A DNA stretch of 64,000 nt, from the NCBI RefSeq assembly GCF_009914755.1, contig NC_060948.1. One strand, given 5' to 3'. This document shows positions 56,793-64,000 of this stretch, piece by piece. Under the pieces are notes generated by a model, which saw only the letters and a list, made by a program, of their open reading frames with translations, did not search any database and was not told the origin of the DNA. Numbering within the stretch: position 1 is the stretch's first letter; every line of letters starts with the position of its first letter. Position numbers and translations under genes: made by a program. The DNA is from the human T2T-CHM13v2.0 reference genome, Homo sapiens.

Positions 56793-59700
56793 TCAAAAGG
56801 AATGTAATGGAATGGATTGGACTGGAATGCAATGGACTCGAATAGATTGGAAACGGAATGCAAAGGAATGGAATGGAATAGTATGGAATGGAATGGAAAG
56901 GAATGGAGTGGAATAGACTAGAGTGGAATGGAATGGACTGGAAAGCAATGGACTGGAATGGAACTTTCTTGAATGGACTGGAATCAAACGGAATGGAATG
57001 CAATGCAATCAAATGGCATGGAATAAAATAGAATGAAAGAGAATCAAATGGAATTGAATCGAATGGAATCGAATGGATTGGAAAGGAATAGAATGGAATG
57101 GAATGGAATTGACTCGAATGGAATGGACTAGAATGGAATGGATTCGAATGGAAGGCAAAGGAATGGAATCTATTGGAACGGACTGTAATGGAATGGAATG
57201 GAAAGGATTGGAATGGACTCGAATGGAATGGACTGCAATAGAAAGGATTCGAATGGAATGAAAAAGAATTGAATGGAATAGAACAGAATGGAATCAAATC
57301 GAATGAAATGGAATGGAATAGAAAGGAATGGAATGAAATGGAATGGAAAGGATTCGAATGGAATGCAATCGAATGGAATGGAATCGAACGGAATGGAATA
57401 AAATGGAAGAAAACTGGCAAGAAATGGAATCGAAATGAATGGAGTGTTATGGAACGGACTCAAAAGGAATTGAATGTAATAGAATGGAGTGGAGTGGACT
57501 CGAATATAATGGAATGGAATGGAATGAAATCACAAGGAATGGGAACGAATGGAATGGAATGGAAAGGAATGGAATCGAATGGAAAGGAATCGAATGGAAG
57601 GGAATGAAATTGAATCAACAGGAATGGAAGGGAATAGAATAGACGGTAATGGAATGGACTCGAATAGAATGGACACGAATGCTCAAATTGAATGGACTCG
57701 AATGGAATGGAAACGAAAGGAATGTCATCGAATGGAATTGAATGGATTGGAATGAAATCGCATAGAATGGAGTGGAATCAAATGGAATTGAATCGAAAGG
57801 AAAGGAAGCGAATGGACTGAAATGAAATGGAATGGAATTGAATGGAAAGTAATGCAATGGAATAGAATGGAACGAAATTTCACGGAATGGAATCAAACTG
57901 AATGGAATCAAATCAATGGAATCAAATCAAATGGAATGGAAAGGAATTGAATGGAGTAGATTGGATTGGATGGGATTGGAATGAAATGTACTGGAAAGGA
58001 CTCGAATTTCATGAAACGGAATGGAATGAATTGGAACGGAATGGACTCGAATGGAATGGAATGTCATGGAATGGCATCAAATGGAATGGCATCAAATGGA
58101 ATGGAATCGAATGCAATGGAATGCTATGGAATGGAATGGAATGCATTGGAATGGAATGTCCTCTAATGGAATGGATTCGAGTGGAATGGAATCGAATATA
58201 ATGGAGTCGAATGAAATGGAATTGAAAGGAGTGGGATCGAATACAATGGAATATAGTGGAATGTAAAGTAATGAACTCGAATGTAATTGACTGGAATGGA
58301 ATGTACATGAATGGAATGTAATCGAATGGAAAGTAATCCAATGGAATAGAATCTAATGCAATAAAACCGACTCAGATAGAGTAGAATGTAATGGAATGGA
58401 GTGCAGTGCAATGGAATGGAATGGAATGGAAGGCAATGGAATGGAATGGAATGGAATGGAATGGAATGGAATGGAATGGGATGGAATGGGATGGAATGGA
58501 TAGTAATGGACTGGAGTGAAATGGACTGGAAAGGAATGGACTCAAATTGAAAGGGCTCGAAAGGAATGGAGTCAAATGGAATGGTCTGGAATGGAATGAA
58601 CACGAATGTAATGCAATCCAATAGAATGGAATCGAATGGCATGGAATATAAAGAAATGGTATCGAAGAGAATGGAAACAAATGGAATGGAATTGAATGGA
58701 ATGGAATTGAATGGAATGGGAACGAATGGAGTGAAATTGTATGCAGTAGAAGGGAATAGAATGGAATGCAAGCGAAAGGAAAGGAATGGATTGGAATGGA
58801 ATGGAATTCATTGGAATGGAAGGGAATGTAGTGTAATGGACAGGCCTGGAATAAAGTGGAATGCTACGGTCTCGAATGGAATAAAAATGTATGGAATGGA
58901 ATGCAATGAAACGGAATCGAATGTCATAGAATGTAATGGAATGCAAAAAAATGGAATCCAAAATCATTGACTGGAAAGGCTGGGTGTCGAAAGGAATTGA
59001 CTCCAATGGAATGGAATCGAATGGAATGGAAGTGAATAGAATCGAACTAAATCGAATGGAATGGAATTGATAGGAACGGAATGGAAAGGAATGCAATGAT
59101 TTGGCATGGAATGGAATCGAATGGCATCGAATGGAATGGAATGGAATGCAATGGAATGGAATGTATTAGAATGTAATGAACTTTAATGGAATGTACTCGA
59201 ATGGATTCGACTGGAATGGAATGTTCTGGAAGTGAATGGACTCCAATGGAATGGATTCCAAAGGAATGGAATCGTACGGAATGGAATCTAATGGAATGGA
59301 ATTAAATGGAAATGAATCAAATTGAATAGCACGGAATTGAATTGAATGGAATGGAATGCAATGGAATCTAATGAAACGGAAAGGAAAGGAATGGAATGGA
59401 ATGGAAAGGGCTGGAATGGAAAGGAATCGAAACGAATGGAATGGAATCGAACTGAAGAGACTGGAATGGAATGCACTGGAATGGAAGGGAGTGTAATGGA
59501 AGGTTCTCGAAAAAAATGGAATCGAATGGAATGGAATTGAATGGAACGGAATAGAGTCGAATGCAATTGAATGGAATGGAATGGACTAGAGTGAAATGGA
59601 ATCGAACCACAAGGAATGGACAGGAATAGAATGGTCTCGAATTGAATGGAATCGTATGGAATGGCATCAAACGGAATGGAATGGACAGCCACGGAATGGA

Positions 59701-60366
59701 ATGCACTCGAATGCAATGGAGTCGAAACTAATGGACTGGAATAGAATGGACTCGACTGGTACGGACTCCAATGGAATGGAATCGAATGGAAGGGAATCGA
59801 ACGGAATGGACTCGAAGGGAAAAGACTGCAATGGAAAGGTCTCGAATGGAATGGAAATTAATGGAATGGAATGGAATCGAATGAAATGGAGTCAAAAGGA
59901 ATGGAATCGAATGGCAAGAAATCGAATGTAATGGAATCGCAAGGAATTGATGTGAACGGAACGGAATGGAATGGAATCCAAAGGAATGGAATAGAATGGA
60001 ATGGAATCGAATGGAAAGGACTCGAATGGAAATCACTCGAATAGAATGCAATTTAATAAAATAGGATCAAATGTAATGGAATGGAATGGAAAGGAATCGA
60101 AACGAAAGGAATGGAGACAGATGGAATGGAATGGAACAGAGAGCAATGGTATAGAATGGAATGGAATCATCTGGAATGGAATTGAATGGAATGGAATAAT
60201 ATGAAATGGAATGGAATGGAATGGAATGGAATGGAATGGAATGCCCTTGAATTAAATGGACTGGAATGGAATGGACTCGAACAGAGTGGAATGGAAAGTG
60301 TTGAGATAGAGTGCAATGGACTCCTTCGGAATGGTCTAGTATGCAATGCAATCGACTGGCAGGGAA
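56793..60366 (+). repeat. DYZ1 unit U17 (3574 bp, subtype B)
   Basis: Landmark spacing; HaeIII at 58843. Confidence 0.9.
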
Positions 60367-63300
60367 TCAAAAGGAATGTAATCGAATGGATTGGACTGGA
60401 ATGCAGTGGACTCGAATAGATTGGAAACGGAATGCAAAGGAATGGAATGGAATAGTATGGAATGGAATGGAAAGGAATGGAGTGGAATAGACTAGAGTGG
60501 AATGGAATGGACTGGAAAGCAATGGACTGGAATGGAACTTTCTTGAATGGACTGGAATCAAACGGAATGGAATGCAATGCAATCAAATGGCATGGAATAA
60601 AATAGAATGAAAGAGAATCAAATGGAATTGAATCGAATGGAATCGAATGGATTGGAAAGGAATAGAATGGAATGGAATGGAATTGACTCAAATGGAATGG
60701 ACTAGAATGGAATGGATTCGAATGGAAGGCAAAGGAATGGAATCTATTGGAATGGACTGTAATGGAATGGAATGGAAGGGATTGGAATGGACTCGAATGG
60801 AATGGACTGCAATAGAAAGGATTCGAATGGAATGAAAAAGAATTGAATGGAATAGAACAGAATGGAATCAAATCGAATGAAATGGAATGGAATAGAAAGG
60901 AATGGAATGAAATGGAATGGAAAGGATTCGAATGGAATGCAATCGAATGGAATGGAATCGAACGGAATGGAATAAAATGGAAGAAAACTGGCAAGAAATG
61001 GAATAGAAATGAATGGAGTGTTATGGAACGGACTCAAAAGGAATTGAATGTAATAGAATGGAGTGGAGTGGACTCGAATATAATGGACTGGAATGGAATG
61101 AAATCACATGGAATGGGAACGAATGGAATGGAATGGAAAGGAATGGAATCGAATGGAAAGGAATCGAATGGAAGGGAATGAAATTGAATCAACAGGAATG
61201 GAAGGGAATAGAATAGACGGTAATGGAATGGACTCGAATAGAATGGACACGAATGCTCAAATTGAATGGACTCCAATGGAATGGAAACGAAAGGAATGTC
61301 ATCGAATAGAATTGAATCGACTGGAATGAAATCGCAAGAATGGAGTGGAATCAAATGGAATTGAATCGAAAGGAAAGGAAGCGAATGGACTGAAATGAAA
61401 TGGAATGGAATTGAATGGAAAGTAATGCAATGGAATAGAATGGAACGAAATTTCACGGAATGGAATCAAACTGAAAGGAATCAAATCAATGGAATCTAAT
61501 CAAATGGAATGGAAGGGAATTGAATGGAGTAGATTGGATTGGATGGGATTGGAGTGAAATGTACTGGAAAGGACTCGAATTTCATGAAACGGAATGGAAT
61601 GAATTGGAACGGAATGGACTCGAATGGAATGGAATGTCATGGAATGGCATCAAATGGAATGGCATCAAATGGAATGGAATCGAATGCAATGGAATGCTAT
61701 GGAATGGAATGGAATGCATTGGAATGGAATGTCCTCTAATGGAATGGATTCGAGTGGAATGGAATCGAATATAATGGAGTCGAATGAAATGGAATTGAAA
61801 GGAATGGGATCGAATACAATGGAATATGCTGGAATGTAATGTAATGAACTCGAATGTAATTGACTGGAATGGAATGTACATGAATGGAATGTAATCGAAT
61901 GGAAAGTAATCCAATGGAATAGAATCTAATGCAATAAAATCGACTCAGATAGAGTAGAATGTAATGGAATGGAGTGCAGTACAATGGAATGGAATGGAAT
62001 GCAATGGAATGGAATGGAATGGAATGGAATGGAATGGAATGGGATGGAATGGGATGGAATGGTATGGAATGGATAGTAATGGACTGGAGTGAAATGGACT
62101 GGAAAGGAATGGACTCAAATTGAAAGGGCTCGAAAGGAATGGAGTCAAATGGAATGGTCTGGAATGGAATGAACACGAATGTAATGCAATCCAATAGAAT
62201 GGAATCGAATGGCATGGAATATAAAGAAATGGAATCGAAGAGAATGGAAACAAATGGAATGGAATTGAATGGAATGGAATTGAATGGAATGCGAACGAAT
62301 GGAGTGAAATTGTATGCAGTAGAAGGGAATAGAATGGAATGCAAGCGAAAGGAAAGGAATGGATTGGAATGGAATGGAATTCATTGGAATGGAAGGGAAT
62401 GTAGTGTAGTGGACAGGCCTGGAATAAAGTGGAATGCTACGGTCTCGAATGGAATAAAAATGTATGGAATGGAATGCAATGAAACGGAATCGAATGTCAT
62501 AGAATGTAATGGAATGCAAAAAAATGGAATCCAAAATCATTGACTGGAAAGGCTGGGTGTCGAAAGGAATTGACTCCAATGGAATGGAATCGAATGGAAT
62601 GGAAGTGAATAGAATCGAACTAAATCGAATGGAATGGAATTGATAGGAACGGAATGGAAAGGAATGCAATGAATTGGCATGGAATGGAATCGAATGGCAT
62701 CGAATGGAATGGAATGGAATGCAATGGAATGGAATGTATTAGAATGTAATGAACTTTAATGGAATGTACTCGAATGGATTCGACTGGAATGGAATGTTCT
62801 GGAAGTGAATGGACTCCAATGGAATGGATTCAAAAGGAATGGAATCGTACGGAATGGAATCTAATGGAATGGAATTAAATGGAAATGAATCAAATTGAAT
62901 AGCACGGAATTGAATTGAATGGAATGGAATGCAATGGAATCTAATGAAACGGAAAGGAAAGGAATGGAATGGAATGGAATGGGCTGGAATGGAAAGGAAT
63001 CGAAACGAATGGAATGGAATCGAACTGAAGAGACTGGAATGGAATGCACTGGAATGGAAGAGAGTGTAATGGAAGGTTCTCGAAAAAAATGGAATCGAAT
63101 GGAATGGAATTGAATGGAACGGAATAGAGTCGAATGGAATTGAATGGAATGGAATGGACTAGAGTGAAATGGAATCGAACCACAAGGAATGGACAGGAAT
63201 AGAATGGTCTCGAATTTAATGGAATCGTATGGAATGGCATCAAACGGAATGGAATGGACAGCCACGGAATGGAATGCACTCGAATGCAATGGAGTCGAAA

Positions 63301-63929
63301 CTAATGGACTGGAATAGAATGGACTCGACTGGTACGGACTCCAATGGAATGGAATCGAATGGAAGGGAATCGAACGGAATGGACTCGAAGGGAAAAGACT
63401 GCAATGGAAAGGTCTCGAATGGAATGGAAATTAATGGAATGGAATGGAATCGAATGAAATGGAGTCAAAAGGAATGGAATCGAATGGCAAGAAATCGAAT
63501 GTAATGGAATCGCAAGGAATTGATGTGAACGGAACGGAATGGAATGGAATCCAAAGGAATGGAATAGAATGGAATGGAATCGAATGGAAAGGACTCGAAT
63601 GGAAATCACTCGAATAGAATGCAATTTAATAAAATAGGATCAAATGTAATGGAATGGAATGGAAAGGAATCGAAACGAAAGGAATGGAGACAGATGGAAT
63701 GGAATGGAACAGAGAGCAATGGTATAGAATGGAATGGAATCATCTGGAATGGAATTGAATGGAATGGAATAATATGAAATGGAATGGAATGGAATGGAAT
63801 GGAATGCCCTTGAATTAAATGGACTGGAATGGAATGGACTCGAACAGAGTGGAATGGAAAGTGTTGAGATAGAATGGAATGGACTCCTTTGGAATGGTGT
63901 AGTATGCAATGCAATCGACTGGCAGGGAA
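60367..63929 (+). repeat. DYZ1 unit U18 (3563 bp, subtype B)
   Basis: Landmark spacing; HaeIII at 62416; 1-bp deletion at ~61336 (atcgcaagaa vs atcgcatagaa). Confidence 0.9.
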
Positions 63930-64000
63930 TCAAAAGGAATGTAATGGAATGGATTGGACTGGAATGCAATGGACTCGAATAGATTGGAAACGGAATGCAA

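Larger units (their letters stand above)
1..64000 (+). repeat. DYZ1: Human satellite III (HSat3) tandem array, DYZ1-type (Yq12 heterochromatin), GGAAT-rich strand on +
   Basis: Degenerate GGAAT pentamers from end to end. Unique landmarks (ggcagggaatc, aaaactggcaag, gacaggcctgg, aaggctgggtgtcg, gcccttgaattaa) recur every ~3.55 kb, 18 times. There is one HaeIII GGCC per unit. The size matches the classical ~3.5-3.6 kb DYZ1 unit. The array runs off both window edges. Confidence 0.95.

Noticed and set aside
42-64000. Hundreds of 60-313 aa ORFs (MEWNG-rich on +, FHSIP-rich on -)
   Set aside because: Three pentamers make 15 bp, or five codons, and pure GGAAT/ATTCC has no stop in any frame. The ORFs overlap in all frames, repeat every 3.55 kb, and gain or lose stops freely between units. 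There is no domain and no sign of coding constraint.
1-64000. CRISPR-like repeat-spacer array
   Set aside because: There are no constant 25-45 bp direct repeats separated by unique spacers. All sequence is pentamer-derived and recurs in each unit.
1-64000. DYZ2/HSat1B block, Alu/L1 insertion, or inversion
   Set aside because: I saw no AT-rich or Alu-like segment and no switch to CATTC on the + strand. Landmark spacing never departs from 3.52-3.58 kb.
1-64000. Assignment to HSat2 or to autosomal HSat3 (for example the 9q12 array)
   Set aside because: The array lacks the dominant CATTCGATTC/GATGATTCC pattern of HSat2. The 3.55-kb period with a single HaeIII site and Y-primer matches favours DYZ1. 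A search against T2T-CHM13+Y would be decisive.

Overview
The whole 64-kb window is one uninterrupted, single-orientation array of human satellite III, with degenerate (GGAAT)n on the + strand and (CATTC)n on the - strand. It is organised as 18 head-to-tail units of about 3.55 kb (3519-3579 bp). Unit size, one HaeIII site per unit and matches to recalled Y-specific PCR primer sites identify it as the DYZ1/HSat3 repeat of Yq12 heterochromatin. There are no credible genes: every ORF is a reading of the pentamer (MEWNG/FHSIP). I saw no transposon, DYZ2/Alu block, inversion or CRISPR array, and I found no new gene system. The structure worth a second look lies in how units differ: (1) two unit subtypes (A and B); (2) an apparent ~17.7-kb, 5-unit tandem duplication with a chimeric B/A junction near 29.5 kb; (3) a ~1.2-1.5 kb conversion-like patch; (4) local 1-unit and 2-unit duplications; (5) near-strict conservation of pentamer register; (6) three perfect heat-shock elements at fixed positions in each unit. 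All comparisons were made by eye, so boundaries and counts need confirmation by alignment.
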